Assembly: GCA_044892505.1 (NCBI GenBank)
Contig: CM097882.1
Location: forward strand, 19,964,001 to 20,028,000
Origin: Schmidtea nova
Lineage: Eukaryota
Reading direction: 5' to 3'
DNA: 64,000 bases
In this document: piece after piece, positions 1 through 15,000 of the stretch
How the letters are laid out: every line of letters starts with the position of its first letter
Numbering within the stretch: the first letter of the stretch is position 1
Notes under the pieces: model-generated
What the model was told of the DNA's origin: nothing
Databases searched by the model: none
The model's input: only the letters and a program-made list of their open reading frames with translations
Made by a program: the position numbers and the translations under genes

Positions 1-3000
1 AATGCTAAGTAGCGGAAAAGATATGAAAGCTTTGCTAACAAGCGAAAAAGAAAGAATTGATAAAGAAAAGCATCGAGAATTAGAAAAGATCAGTATGGAA
101 TATTCAACTGACGCGCAACACTTGACTTTGGATGAAGCAATTGAAAAAGGTCTTGTAGACACAATGCGAGGAACGATACGAGATCCTATTTCTGGAAAAG
201 AAATTTCATTACAAGAAGCAATTGCAAAAGGAATAATCGACGCGGAAAATAGCGCAATATATGATGCAGAGAAAGGACAAACTGTGTCTCTTTCTGAAAT
301 GCTAAGGAGCGGAAAAGATATAAAAGCTTTGCTAACAAGCGAAAAAGAAAGAATTGATAAAGAAAAGCATGGAGAATTAGAAAAGATCAGTATGGAATAT
401 TCAACTGACGCGCAACACTTGACTTTGGATGAAGCAATTGAAAAAGGTCTTGTAGACACAATGCGAGGAACGATACGAGATCCTATTTCTGGAAAAGAAA
501 TTTCATTACAAGAAGCAATTGCAAAAGGAATAATCGACGCGGAAAATAGCGCAATATATGATGCAGAGAAAGGACAAACTGTGTCTCTTTCTGAAATGCT
601 AAGTAGCGGAAAAGATATGAAAGCTTTGCTAACAAGCGAAAAAGAAAGAATTGATAAAGAAAAGCATGGAGAATTAGAAAAGATCAGTATGGAATATTCA
701 ACTGGCGCGCAACACTTGACTTTGGATGAAGCCATTGAAAGAGGTCTTGTAGACACAATGCGAGGAACGATACGAGATCCTATTTCTGGAAAAGAAATTT
801 CATTACAAGAAGCAATTGCAAAAGGAATAATCGACGCGGAAAATAGCGCAATATATGATGCAGAGAAAGGACAAACTGTGTCTCTTTCTGAAATGCTAAG
901 TAGCGGAAAAGATATGAAAGCTTTGCTAACAAGCGAAAAAGAAAGAATTGATAAAGAAAAGCATGGAGAATTAGAAAAGATCAGTATGGAATATTCAACT
1001 GACGCGCAACACTTGACTTTGGATGAAGCAATTGAAAGAGGTCTTGTAGACACAATGCGAGGAACGATACGAGATCCTATTTCTGGAAAAGAAATTTCAT
1101 TACAAGAAGCAATTGCAAAAGGAATAATCGACGCGGAAAATAGCGCAATATATGATGCAGAGAAAGGACAAACTGTGTCTCTTTCTGAAATGCTAAGTAG
1201 CGGAAAAGATATGAAAGCTTTGCTAACAAGCGAAAAAGAAAGAATTGATAAAGAAAAGCATGGAGAATTAGAAAAGATCAGTATGGAATATTCAACTGAT
1301 GCGCAACACTTGACTTTGGATGAAGCAATTGAAAGAGGTCTTGTAGACACAATGCGAGGAACGATACGAGATCCTATTTCTGGAAAAGAAATTTCATTAC
1401 AAGAAGCAATTGCAAAAGGAATAATCGACGCGGAAAATAGCGCAATATATGATGCAGAGAAAGGACAAACTGTGTCTCTTTCTGAAATGCTAAGTAGCGG
1501 AAAAGATATGAAAGCTTTGCTAACAAGCGAAAAAGAAATAATTGTGAAAGAAAAGCATGGAGAATTAGAAAAGATCAGTATGGAATATTCAACTGACGCG
1601 CAACACTTGACTTTGGATGAAGCAATTGAAAAAGGTCTTGTAGACACAATGCGAGGAACGATACGAGATCCTATTTCTGGAAAAGAAATTTCATTACAAG
1701 AAGCAATTGCAAAAGGAATAATCGACGCGGAAAATAGCGCAATATATGATGCAGAGAAAGGACAAACTGTGTCTCTTTCTGAAATGCTAAGTAGCGGAAA
1801 AGATATGAAAGCTTTGCTAACAAGCGAAAAAGAAAGAATTGATAAAGAAAAGCATGGAGAATTAGAAAAGATCAGTATGGAATATTCAACTGACGCGCAA
1901 CACTTGACTTTGGATGAAGCCATTGAAAGAGGTCTTGTAGGCACAATGCGAGGAACGATACGAGATCCTATTTCTGGAAAAGAAATTTCATTACAAGAAG
2001 CAATTGCAAAAGGAATAATCGACGCGGAAAATAGCGCAATATATGATGCAGAGAAAGGACAAACTGTGTCTCTTTCTGAAATGCTAAGTAGCGGAAAAGA
2101 TATGAAAGCTTTGCTAACAAGCGAAAAAGAAAGAATTGATAAAGAAAAGCATGGAGAATTAGAAAAGATCAGTATGGAATATTCAACTGATGCGCAACAC
2201 TTGACTTTGGATGAAGCAATTGAAAGAGGTCTTGTAGACACAATGCGAGGAACGATACGAGATCCTATTTCTGGAAAAGAAATTTCATTACAAGAAGCAA
2301 TTGCAAAAGGAATAATCGACGCGGAAAATAGCGCAATATATGATGCAGAGAAAGGACAAACTGTGTCTCTTTCTGAAATGCTAAGTAGCGGAAAAGATAT
2401 GAAAGCTTTGCTAACAAGCGAAAAAGAAAGAATTGATAAAGAAAAGCATGGAGAATTAGAAAAGATCAGTATGGAATATTCAACTGATGCGCAACACTTG
2501 ACTTTGGATGAAGCAATTGAAAGAGGTCTTGTAGACACAATGCGAGGAACGATACGAGATCCTATTTCTGGAAAAGAAATTTCATTACAAGAAGCAATTG
2601 CAAAAGGAATAATCGACGCGGAAAATAGCGCAATATATGATGCAGAGAAAGGACAAACTGTGTCTCTTTCTGAAATGCTAAGTAGCGGAAAAGATATGAA
2701 AGCTTTGCTAACAAGCGAAAAAGAAAGAATTGATAAAGAAAAGCATGGAGAATTAGAAAAGATCAGTATGGAATATTCAACTGATGCGCAACACTTGACT
2801 TTGGATGAAGCCATTGAAAGAGGTCTTGTAGACACAATGCGAGGAACGATACGAGATCCTATTTCTGGAAAAGAAATTTCATTACAAGAAGCAATTGCAA
2901 AAGGAATAATCGACGCGGAAAATAGCGCAATATATGATGCAGAGAAAGGACAAACTGTGTCTCTTTCTGAAATGCTAAGTAGCGGAAAAGATATGAAAGC

Positions 3001-6000
3001 TTTGCTAACAAGCGAAAAAGAAAGAATTGATAAAGAAAAGCATGGAGAATTAGAAAAGATCAGTATGGAATATTCAACTGATGCGCAACACTTGACTTTG
3101 GATGAAGCAATTGAAAGAGGTCTTGTAGACACAATGCGAGGAACGATACGAGATCCTATTTCTGGAAAAGAAATTTCATTACAAGAAGCAATTGCAAAAG
3201 GAATAATCGACGCGGAAAATAGCGCAATATATGATGCAGAGAAAGGACAAACTGTGTCTCTTTCTGAAATGCTAAGTAGCGGAAAAGATATGAAAGCTTT
3301 GCTAACAAGCGAAAAAGAAAGAATTGATAAAGAAAAGCATGGAGAATTAGAAAAGATCAGTATGGAATATTCAACTGACGCGCAACACTTGACTTTGGAT
3401 GAAGTAATTGAAAAAGGTCTTGTAGACACAATGCGAGGAACGATACGAGATCCTATTTCTGGAAAAGAAATTTCATTACAAGAAGCAATTGCAAAAGGAA
3501 TAATCGACGCGGAAAATAGCGCAATATATGATGCAGAGAAAGGACAAACTGTGTCTCTTTCTGAAATGCTAAGTAGCGGAAAAGATATGAAAGCTTTGCT
3601 AACAAGCGAAAAAGAAAGAATTGATAAAGAAAAGCATGGAGAATTAGAAAAGATCAGTATGGAATATTCAACTGACGCGCAACACTTGACTTTGGATGAA
3701 GCAATTGAAAAAGGTCTTGTAGACACAATGCGAGGAACGATACGAGATCCTATTTCTGGAAAAGAAATTTCATTACAAGAAGCAATTGCAAAAGGAATAA
3801 TCGACGCGGAAAATAGCGCAATATATGATGCAGAGAAAGGACAAACTGTGTCTCTTTCTGAAATGCTAAGTAGCGGAAAAGATATGAAAGCTTTGCTAAC
3901 AAGCGAAAAAGAAAGAATTGATAAAGAAAAGCATGGAGAATTAGAAAAGATCAGTATGGAATATTCAACTGACGCGCAACACTTGACTTTGGATGAAGCC
4001 ATTGAAAGAGGTCTTGTAGGCACAATGCGAGGAACGATACGAGATCCTATTTCTGGAAAAGAAATTTCATTACAAGAAGCAATTGCAAAAGGAATAATCG
4101 ACGCGGAAAATAGCGCAATATATGATGCAGAGAAAGGACAAACTGTGTCTCTTTCTGAAATGCTAAGTAGCGGAAAAGATATGAAAGCTTTGCTAACAAG
4201 CGAAAAAGAAAGAATTGATAAAGAAAAGCATGGAGAATTAGAAAAGATCAGTATGGAATATTCAACTGATGCGCAACACTTGACTTTGGATGAAGCAATT
4301 GAAAGAGGTCTTGTAGACACAATGCGAGGAACGATACGAGATCCTATTTCTGGAAAAGAAATTTCATTACAAGAAGCAATTGCAAAAGGAATAATCGACG
4401 CGGAAAATAGCGCAATATATGATGCAGAGAAAGGACAAACTGTGTCTCTTTCTGAAATGCTAAGTAGCGGAAAAGATATGAAAGCTTTGCTAACAAGCGA
4501 AAAAGAAAGAATTGATAAAGAAAAGCATCGAGAATTAGAAAAGATCAGTATGGAATATTCAACTGACGCGCAACACTTGACTTTGGATGAAGCAATTGAA
4601 AAAGGTCTTGTAGACACAATGCGAGGAACGATACGAGATCCTATTTCTGGAAAAGAAATTTCATTACAAGAAGCAATTGCAAAAGGAATAATCGACGCGG
4701 AAAATAGCGCAATATATGATGCAGAGAAAGGACAAACTGTGTCTCTTTCTGAAATGCTAAGGAGCGGAAAAGATATAAAAGCTTTGCTAACAAGCGAAAA
4801 AGAAAGAATTGATAAAGAAAAGCATGGAGAATTAGAAAAGATCAGTATGGAATATTCAACTGACGCGCAACACTTGACTTTGGATGAAGCAATTGAAAAA
4901 GGTCTTGTAGACACAATGCGAGGAACGATACGAGATCCTATTTCTGGAAAAGAAATTTCATTACAAGAAGCAATTGCAAAAGGAATAATCGACGCGGAAA
5001 ATAGCGCAATATATGATGCAGAGAAAGGACAAACTGTGTCTCTTTCTGAAATGCTAAGGAGCGGAAAAGATATGAAAGCTTTGCTAACAAGCGAAAAAGA
5101 AAGAATTGATAAAGAAAAGCATGGAGAATTAGAAAAGATCAATATGGAATATTCAACTGATGCGCAACACTTCACTTTGGATGAAGCAATTGAAAGAGGT
5201 CTTGTAGACACAATGCGAGGAACGATACGAGATCCTATTTCTGGAAAAGAAATTTCATTACAAGAAGCAATTGCAAAAGGAATAATCGACGCGGAAAATA
5301 GCGCAATATATGATGCAGAGAAAGGACAAACTGTGTCTCTTTCTGAAATGCTAAGTAGCGGAAAAGATATGAAAGCTTTGCTAACAAGCGAAAAAGAAAG
5401 AATTGATAAAGAAAAGCATGGAGAATTAGAAAAGATCAGTATGGAATATTCAACTGATGCGCAACACTTCACTTTGGATGAAGCAATTGAAAGAGGTCTT
5501 GTAGACACAATGCGAGGAACGATACGAGATCCTATTTCTGGAAAAGAAATTTCATTACAAGAAGCAATTGCAAAAGGAATAATCGACGCGGAAAATAGCG
5601 CAATATATGATGCAGAGAAAGGACAAACTGTGTCTCTTTCTGAAATGCTAAGGAGCGGAAAAGATATGAAAGCTTTGCTAACAAGCGAAAAAGAAAGAAT
5701 TGATAAAGAAAAGCATGGAGAATTAGAAAAGATCAGTATGGAATATTCAACTGACGCGCAACACTTGACTTTGGATGAAGCAATTGAAAGAGGTCTTGTA
5801 GACACAATGCGAGGAACGATACGAGATCCTATTTCTGGAAAAGAAATTTCATTACAAGAAGCAATTGCAAAAGGAATAATCGACGCGGAAAATAGCGCAA
5901 TATATGATGCAGAGAAAGGACAAACTGTGTCTCTTTCTGAAATGCTAAGTAGCGGAAAAGATATGAAAGCTTTGCTAACAAGCGAAAAAGAAAGAATTGA

Positions 6001-9000
6001 TAAAGAAAAGCATGGAGAATTAGAAAAGATCAGTATGGAATATTCAACTGGCGCGCAACACTTGACTTTGGATGAAGCCATTGAAAGAGGTCTTGTAGAC
6101 ACAATGCGAGGAACGATACGAGATCCTATTTCTGGAAAAGAAATTTCATTACAAGAAGCAATTGCAAAAGGAATAATCGACGCGGAAAATAGCGCAATAT
6201 ATGATGCAGAGAAAGGACAAACTGTGTCTCTTTCTGAAATGCTAAGTAGCCGAAAAGATATGAAAGCTTTGCTAACAAGCGAAAAAGAAAGAATTGATAA
6301 AGAAAAGCATGGAGAATTAGAAAAGATCAGTATGGAATATTCAACTGACGCGCAACACTTGACTTTGGATGAAGCAATTGAAAGAGGTCTTGTAGACACA
6401 ATGCGAGGAACGATACGAGATCCTATTTCTGGAAAAGAAATTTCATTACAAGAAGCAATTGCAAAAGGAATAATCGACGCGGAAAATAGCGCAATATATG
6501 ATGCAGAGAAAGGACAAACTGTGTCTCTTTCTGAAATGCTAAGTAGCGGAAAAGATATGAAAGCTTTGCTAACAAGCGAAAAAGAAAGAATTGATAAAGA
6601 AAAGCATGGAGAATTAGAAAAGATCAGTATGGAATATTCAACTGATGCGCAACACTTGACTTTGGATGAAGCAATTGAAAGAGGTCTTGTAGACACAATG
6701 CGAGGAACGATACGAGATCCTATTTCTGGAAAAGAAATTTCATTACAAGAAGCAATTGCAAAAGGAATAATCGACGCGGAAAATAGCGCAATATATGATG
6801 CAGAGAAAGGACAAACTGTGTCTCTTTCTGAAATGCTAAGTAGCGGAAAAGATATGAAAGCTTTGCTAACAAGCGAAAAAGAAAGAATTGATAAAGAAAA
6901 GCATGGAGAATTAGAAAAGATCAGTATGGAATATTCAACTGATGCGCAACACTTGACTTTGGATGAAGCAATTGAAAGAGGTCTTGTAGACACAATGCGA
7001 GGAACGATACGAGATCCTATTTCTGGAAAAGAAATTTCATTACAAGAAGCAATTGCAAAAGGAATAATCGACGCGGAAAATAGCGCAATATATGATGCAG
7101 AGAAAGGACAAACTGTGTCTCTTTCTGAAATGCTAAGTAGCGGAAAAGATATGAAAGCTTTGCTAACAAGCGAAAAAGAAAGAATTGATAAAGAAAAGCA
7201 TGGAGAATTAGAAAAGATCAGTATGGAATATTCAACTGACGCGCAACACTTGACTTTGGATGAAGCAATTGAAAAAGGTCTTGTAGACACAATGCGAGGA
7301 ACGATACGAGATCCTATTTCTGGAAAAGAAATTTCATTACAAGAAGCAATTGCAAAAGGAATAATCGACGCAGAAAATAGCGCAATATATGATGCAGAGA
7401 AAGGACAAACTGTGTCTCTTTCTGAAATGCTAAGTAGCGGAAAAGATATGAAAGCTTTGCTAACAAGCGAAAAAGAAAGAATTGATAAAGAAAAGCATGG
7501 AGAATTAGAAAAGATCAGTATGGAATATTCAACTGACGCGCAACACTTGACTTTGGATGAAGCCATTGAAAGAGGTCTTGTAGACACAATGCGAGGAACG
7601 ATACGAGATCCTATTTCTGGAAAAGAAATTTCATTACAAGAAGCAATTGCAAAAGGAATAATCGACGCGGAAAATAGCGCAATATATGATGCAGAGAAAG
7701 GACAAACTGTGTCTCTTTCTGAAATGCTAAGTAGCGGAAAAGATATGAAAGCTTTGCTAACAAGCGAAAAAGAAAGAATTGATAAAGAAAAGCATGGAGA
7801 ATTAGAAAAGATCAGTATGGAATGTTCAACTGACGCGCAACACTTGACTTTGGATGAAGCAATTGAAAGAGGTCTTGTAGACACAATGCGAGGAACGATA
7901 CGAGATCCAATTTCTGGAAAAGAAATTTCATTACAAGAAGCAATTGCAAAAGGAATAATCGACGCAGAAAATAGCGCAATATATGATGCAGAGAAAGGAC
8001 AAACTGTGTCTCTTTCTGAAATGCTAAGGAGCGGAAAAGATATGAAAGCTTTGCTAATAAGCGAAAAAGAAAGAATTGATAAAGAAAAGCATGGAGAATT
8101 AGAAAAGATCAGTATGGAATATTCAACTGATGCGCAACACTTGACTTTGGATGAAGCAATTGAAAGAGGTCTTGTAGACACAATGCGAGGAACGATACGA
8201 GATCCTATTTCTGGAAAAGAAATTTCATTACAAGAAGCAATTGCAAAAGGAATAATCGACGCGGAAAATAGCGCAATATATGATGCAGAGAAAGGACAAA
8301 CTGTGTCTCTTTCTGAAATGCTAAGGAGTGGAAAAGATATGAAAGCTTTGCTAACAAGCGAAAAAGAAAGAATTGATAAAGAAAAGCATGGAGAATTAGA
8401 AAAGATCAGTATGGAATATTCAACTGACGCGCAACACTTGACTTTAGATGAAGCAATTGAAAGAGGTCTTGTAGACACAATGCGAGGAACGATACGAGAT
8501 CCTATTTCTGGAAAAGAAATTTCATTACAAGAAGCAATTGCAAAAGGAATAATCGACGCGGAAAATAGCGCAATATATGATGCAGGGAAAGGACAAACTG
8601 TGTCTCTTTCTGAAATACTAAGGAGCGGAAAAGATATGAAAGCTTTGCTAACAAGCGAAAAAGAAAGAATTGATAAAGAAAAGCATGGAGAATTAGAAAA
8701 GATCAGTATGGAATATTCAACTGATGCGCAACACTTGACTTTGGATGAAGCAATTGAAAGAGGTCTTGTAGACACAATGCGAGGAACGATACGAGATCCT
8801 ATTTCTGGAAAAGAAATTTCATTACAAGAAGCAATTGCAAAAGGAATAATCGACGCGGAAAATAGCGCAATATATGATGCAGAGAAAGGACAAACTGTGT
8901 CTCTTTCTGAAATGTTAAGGAGCGGAAAAGATATGAAAGCTTTGCTAACAAGCGAAAAAGAAAGAATTGATAAAGAAAAGCATGGAGAATTAGAAAAGAT

Positions 9001-12000
9001 CAGTATGGAATATTCAACTGACGCGCAACACTTGACTTTAGATGAAGCCATTGAAAGAGGTCTTGTAGACACAATGCGAGGAACGATACGAGATCCTATT
9101 TCTGGAAAAGAAATTTCATTACAAGAAGCAATTGCAAAAGGAATAATCGACGCGGAAAATAGCGCAATATATGATGCAGAGAAAGGACAAACTGTGTCTC
9201 TTTCTGAAATACTAAGGAGCGGAAAAGATATGAAAGCTTTGCTAACAAGCGAAAAAGAAAGAATTGATAAAGAAAAGCATGGAGAATTAGAAAAGATCAG
9301 TATGGAATATTCAACTGACGCGCAACACTTGACTTTGGATGAAGCAATTGAAAGAGGTCTTGTAGACACAATGCGAGGAACGATACGAGATCCTATTTCT
9401 GGAAAAGAAATTTCATTACAAGAAGCAATTGCAAAAGGAATAATCGACGCGGAAAATAGCGCAATATATGATGCAGAGAAAAGACAAACTGTGTCTCTTT
9501 CTGAAATGCTAAGTAGCGGAAAAGATATGAAAGCTTTGCTAACAAGCGAAAAAGAAAGAATTGATAAAGAGAAGCATGGAGAATTAGAAAAGATCAGTAT
9601 GGAATGTTCAACTGACGCGCAACACTTGACTTTGGATGAAGCAATTGAAAGAGGTCTTGTAGACACAATGCGAGGAACGATACGAGATCCAATTTCTGGA
9701 AAAGAAATTTCATTACAAGAAGCAATTGCAAAAGGAATAATCGACGCGGAAAATAGCGCAATATATGATGCAGAGAAAGGACAAACTGTGTCTCTTTCTG
9801 AAATGCCAAGGAGCAGAAAAGATATGAAAGCTTTGCTAACAAGCGAAAAAGAAAGAATTGATAAAGAAAAGCATGGAGAATTAGAAAAGATCAGTATGGA
9901 ATATTCAACTGACGCGCAACACTTGACTTTGGATGAAGCAATTGAAAGAGGTCTTGTAGACACAATGCGAGGAACGATACGAGATCCTATTTCTGGAAAA
10001 GAAATTTCATTACAAGAAGCAATTGCAAAAGGAATAATCGACGCGGAAAATAGCGCAATATATGATGCAGAGAAAGGACAAACTGTGTCTCTTTCTGAAA
10101 TGCTAAGGAGCGGAAAAGATATGAAAGCTTTGCTAAAAAGCGAAAAAGAAAGAATTGATAAAGAAAAGCATGGAGAATTAGAAAAGATCAGTATGGAATA
10201 TTCAACTGACGCGCAACACTTGACTTTAGATGAAGCAATTGAAAGAGGTCTTGTAGACACAATGCGAGGAACGATACGAGATCCTATTTCTGGAAAAGAA
10301 ATTTCATTACAAGAAGCAATTGCAAAAGGAATAATCGACGCGGAAAATAGCGCAATATATGATGCAGAGAAAGGACAAACTGTGTCTCTTTCTGAAATGC
10401 TAAGGAGCGGAAAAGATATGAAAGCTTTGCTAACAAGCGAAAAAGAAAGAATTGATAAAGAAAAGCATAGAGAATTAGAAAAGATCAGTATGGAATATTC
10501 AACTGACTCGCAACACTTGACTTTAGATGAAGCAATTGAAAGAGGTCTTGTAGACACAATGCGAAGAACGATACGAGATCCTATTTCTGGAAAAGAAATT
10601 TCATTACAAGAAGCAATTGCAAAAGGAATAATCGACGCGGAAAATAGCGCAATATATGATGCAGAGAAAGGACAAACTGTGTCTCTTTCTGAAATGCTAA
10701 GGAGCGGAAAAGATATGAAAGCTTTGCTAACAAGCGAAAAAGAAAGAATTGATAAAGAAAAGCATAGAGAATTAGAAAAGATCAGTATGGAATATTCAAC
10801 TGACGCGCAACACTTGACTTTGGATGAAGCAATTGAAAGAGGTCTTGTAGACACAATGCGAGGAACGATACGAGATCCAATTTCTGGAAAAGAAATTTCA
10901 TTACAAGAAGCAATTGCAAAAGGAATAATCGACGCGGAAAATAGCGCAATATATGATGCAGAGAAAGGACAAACTGTGTCTCTTTCTGAAATGCTAAGGA
11001 GCAGAAAAGATATGAAAGCTTTGCTAACAAGCGAAAAAGAAAGAATTGATAAAGAAAAGCATGGAGAATTAGAAAAGATCAGTATGGAATATTCAACTGA
11101 CGCGCAACACTTGACTTTGGATGAAGCAATTGAAAGAGGTCTTGTAGACACAATGCGAGGAACGATACGAGATCCTATTTCTGGAAAAGAAATTTCATTA
11201 CAAGAAGCAATTGCAAAAGGAATAATCGACGCGGAAAATAGCGCAATATATGATGCAGAGAAAGGACAAACTGTGTCTCTTTCTGAAATGCTAAGGAGCG
11301 GAAAAGATATGAAAGCTTTGCTAAAAAGCGAAAAAGAAAGAATTGATAAAGAAAAGCATGGAGAATTAGAAAAGATCAGTATGGAATATTCAACTGACGC
11401 GCAACACTTGACTTTAGATGAAGCAATTGAAAGAGGTCTTGTAGACACAATGCGAGGAACGATACGAGATCCTATTTCTGGAAAAGAAATTTCATTACAA
11501 GAAGCAATTGCAAAAGGAATAATCGACGCGGAAAATAGCGCAATATATGATGCAGAGAAAGGACAAACTGTGTCTCTTTCTGAAATGCTAAGGAGCGGAA
11601 AAGATATGAAAGCTTTGCTAACAAGCGAAAAAGAAAGAATTGATAAAGAAAAGCATAGAGAATTAGAAAAGATCAGTATGGAATATTCAACTGACTCGCA
11701 ACACTTGACTTTAGATGAAGCAATTGAAAGAGGTCTTGTAGACACAATGCGAAGAACGATACGAGATCCTATTTCTGGAAAAGAAATTTCATTACAAGAA
11801 GAAATTGCAAAAGGAATAATCGACGCGGAAAATAGCGCAATATATGATGCAGAGAAAGGACAAACTGTGTCTCTTTCTGAAATGCTAAGGAGCGGAAAAG
11901 ATATGAAAGCTTTGCTAACAAGCGAAAAAGAAAGAATTGATAAAGAAAAGCATAGAGAATTAGAAAAGATCAGTATGGAATATTCAGCTGACGCGCAACA

Positions 12001-15000
12001 CATCACTTTGGATGAAGCAATTGAAAGAGGTCTTGTAGACACAATGCGAGAAACGATACGAGATCCTATTTCTGGAAAAGAAATTTCATTACAAGAAGCA
12101 ATTGCAAAAAGAATAATCGACGCGGAAAATAGCGCAATATATGATGCAGAGAAAGGACAAACTGTGTCTCTTTCTGAAATACTAAGGAGCGGAAAAGATA
12201 TGAAAGCTTTGCTAACAAGCGAAAAAGAAAGAATTGATAAAGAAAAGCATGGAGAATTAGAAAAGTTCAGTATGGATTATTCAACTGACGCGCAACACTT
12301 GACCCTGGATGAAGCAATTGAAAGAGGTCTTGTAGACACAATGCGAGGAACGATACGAGATCCTATTTCTGGAAAAGAAATTTCATTACAAAAAGCAATT
12401 GCAAAAGGAATAATCGACGCGGAAAATAGCGCAATATATGATGCAGAGAAAGGACAAACTGTGTCTCTTTCTGAAATGCTAAGGAGCGGAAAAGATATGA
12501 AAGCTTTGCTAACAAGCGAAAAAGAAAGAATTGATAAAGAAAAGCATAGAGAATTAGAAAAGATCAGTATGGAATATTCAACTGATGCGCAACACTTGAC
12601 TTTGGATGAAGCAATTGAAAGAGGTCTTGTAGACACAATGCGAGGAACGATACGAGATCCTATTTCTGGAAAAGAAATTTCATTACAAGAAGCAATTGCA
12701 AAAGGAATAATCAACGCGGAAAATAGCGCAATATATGATGCAGAGAAAGGACAAACTGTGTCTCTTTCTGAAATGCTAAGGAGCGGAAAAGATATGAAAG
12801 CTTTGCTAACAAGCGAAAAAGAAAGAATTGATAAAGAAAAGCATGGAGAATTAGAAAAGATCAGTATGGAATATTCAACTGACGCGCAACACTTGACTTT
12901 GGATGAAGCAATTGAAAGAGGTCTTGTAGACACAATGCGAGGAACGATACGAGATCCTATTTCTGGAAAAGAAATTTCATTACAAGAAGCAATTGCAAAA
13001 GGAATAATCGACGCGGAAAATAGCGCAATATATGATGCAGAGAAAGGACAAACTGTGACTCTTTCTGAAATGCTAAGGAGCGGAAAAGATATGAAAGCTT
13101 TGCTAACAAGCGAAAAAGAAATAATTGTGAAAGAAAAGCATGGAGAATTAGAAAAGATCAGTATGGAATATTCAACTGACGCGCAACACTTGACTTTGGA
13201 TGAAGCAATTGAAAGAGGTCCTGTAGACACAATGCGAGGAAAGATGCGAGATCCTATTTCTGGAAAAGAAATTTCATTACAAGAAGCAATTGCAAAAGGA
13301 ATAATCGACGCGGAAAATAGCGCAATATATGATGCAGAGAAAGGACAAACTGTGTCTCTTTCTGAAATGCTAAGGAGCGGAAAAGATATGAAAGCTTTGC
13401 TAACAAGCGAAAAAGAAATAATTGTGAAAGAAAAGCATGGAGAATTAGAAAAGATCAGTATGGAATATTCAACTGACGTGCAACACTTGACTTTGGATGA
13501 AGCAATTGAAAGAGGTCTTGTAGACACAATGCGAGGAACGATACGAGATCCTATTTCTGGAAAAGAAATTTCATTACAAGAAGCAATTGCAAAAGGAATA
13601 ATCGACGCGGAAAATAGCGCAATATATGATGCAGAGAAAGGACAAACTGTGTCTCTTTCTGAAATGCTAAGGAGCGGAAAAGATATGAAAGCTTTGCTAA
13701 CAAGCGAAAAAGAAAGAATTGATAAAGAAAAGCTTGAAGAATTAGAAAAGATCAGTATGGAATATTCAACTGATGCGCAACACTTGACTTTGGATGAAGC
13801 AATTGAAAGAGGTCTTGTAGACACAATGCGAGGAACGATACGAGATCCTATTTCTGGAAAAGAAATTTCATTACAAAAAGCAATTGCAAAAGGAATAATC
13901 GACGCGGAAAATAGCGCAATATATGATGCAGAGAAAGGACAAACTGTGTCTCTTTCTGAAATGCTAAGGAGCGGAAAAGATATGAAAGCTTTGCTAACAA
14001 GCGAAAAAGAAAGAATTGATAAAGAAAAGCATAGAGAATTAGAAAAGATCAGTATGGAATATTCAACTGATGCGCAACACTTGACTTTGGATGAAGCAAT
14101 TGAAAGAGGTCTTGTAGACACAATGCGAGGAACGATACGAGATCCCATTTCTGGAAAAGAAATTTCATTACAAGAAGCAATTGCAAAAGGAATAATCGAC
14201 GCGGAAAATAGCGCAATATATGATGCAGAGAAAGGACAAACTGTGACTCTTTCTGAAATGCTAAGGAGCGGAAAAGATATGAAAGCTTTGCTAACAAGCG
14301 AAAAAGAAATAATTGTGAAAGAAAAGCATGGAGAATTAGAAAAGATCAGTATGGAATATTCAACTGACGCGCAACACTTGACTTTGGATGAAGCAATTGA
14401 AAGAGGTCCTGTAGACACAATGCGAGGAAAGATGCGAGATCCTATTTCTGGAAAAGAAATTTCATTACAAGAAGCAATTGCAAAAGGAATAATCGACGCG
14501 GAAAATAGCGCAATATATGATGCAGAGAAAGGACAAACTGTGTCTCTTTCTGAAATGCTAAGGAGCGGAAAAGATATGAAAGCTTTGCTAACAAGCGAAA
14601 AAGAAATAATTGTGAAAGAAAAGCATGGAGAATTAGAAAAGATCAGTATGGAATATTCAACTGACGTGCAACACTTGACTTTGGATGAAGCAATTGAAAG
14701 AGGTCTTGTAGACACAATGCGAGGAACGATACGAGATCCTATTTCTGGAAAAGAAATTTCATTACAAGAAGCAATTGCAAAAGGAATAATCGACGCGGAA
14801 AATAGCGCAATATATGATGCAGAGAAAGGACAAACTGTGTCTCTTTCTGAAATGCTAAGGAGCGGAAAAGATATGAAAGCTTTGCTAACAAGCGAAAAAG
14901 AAAGAATTGATAAAGAAAAGCTTGAAGAATTAGAAAAGATCAGTATGGAATATTCAACTGATGCGCAACACTTGACTTTGGATGAAGCAATTGAAAGAGG

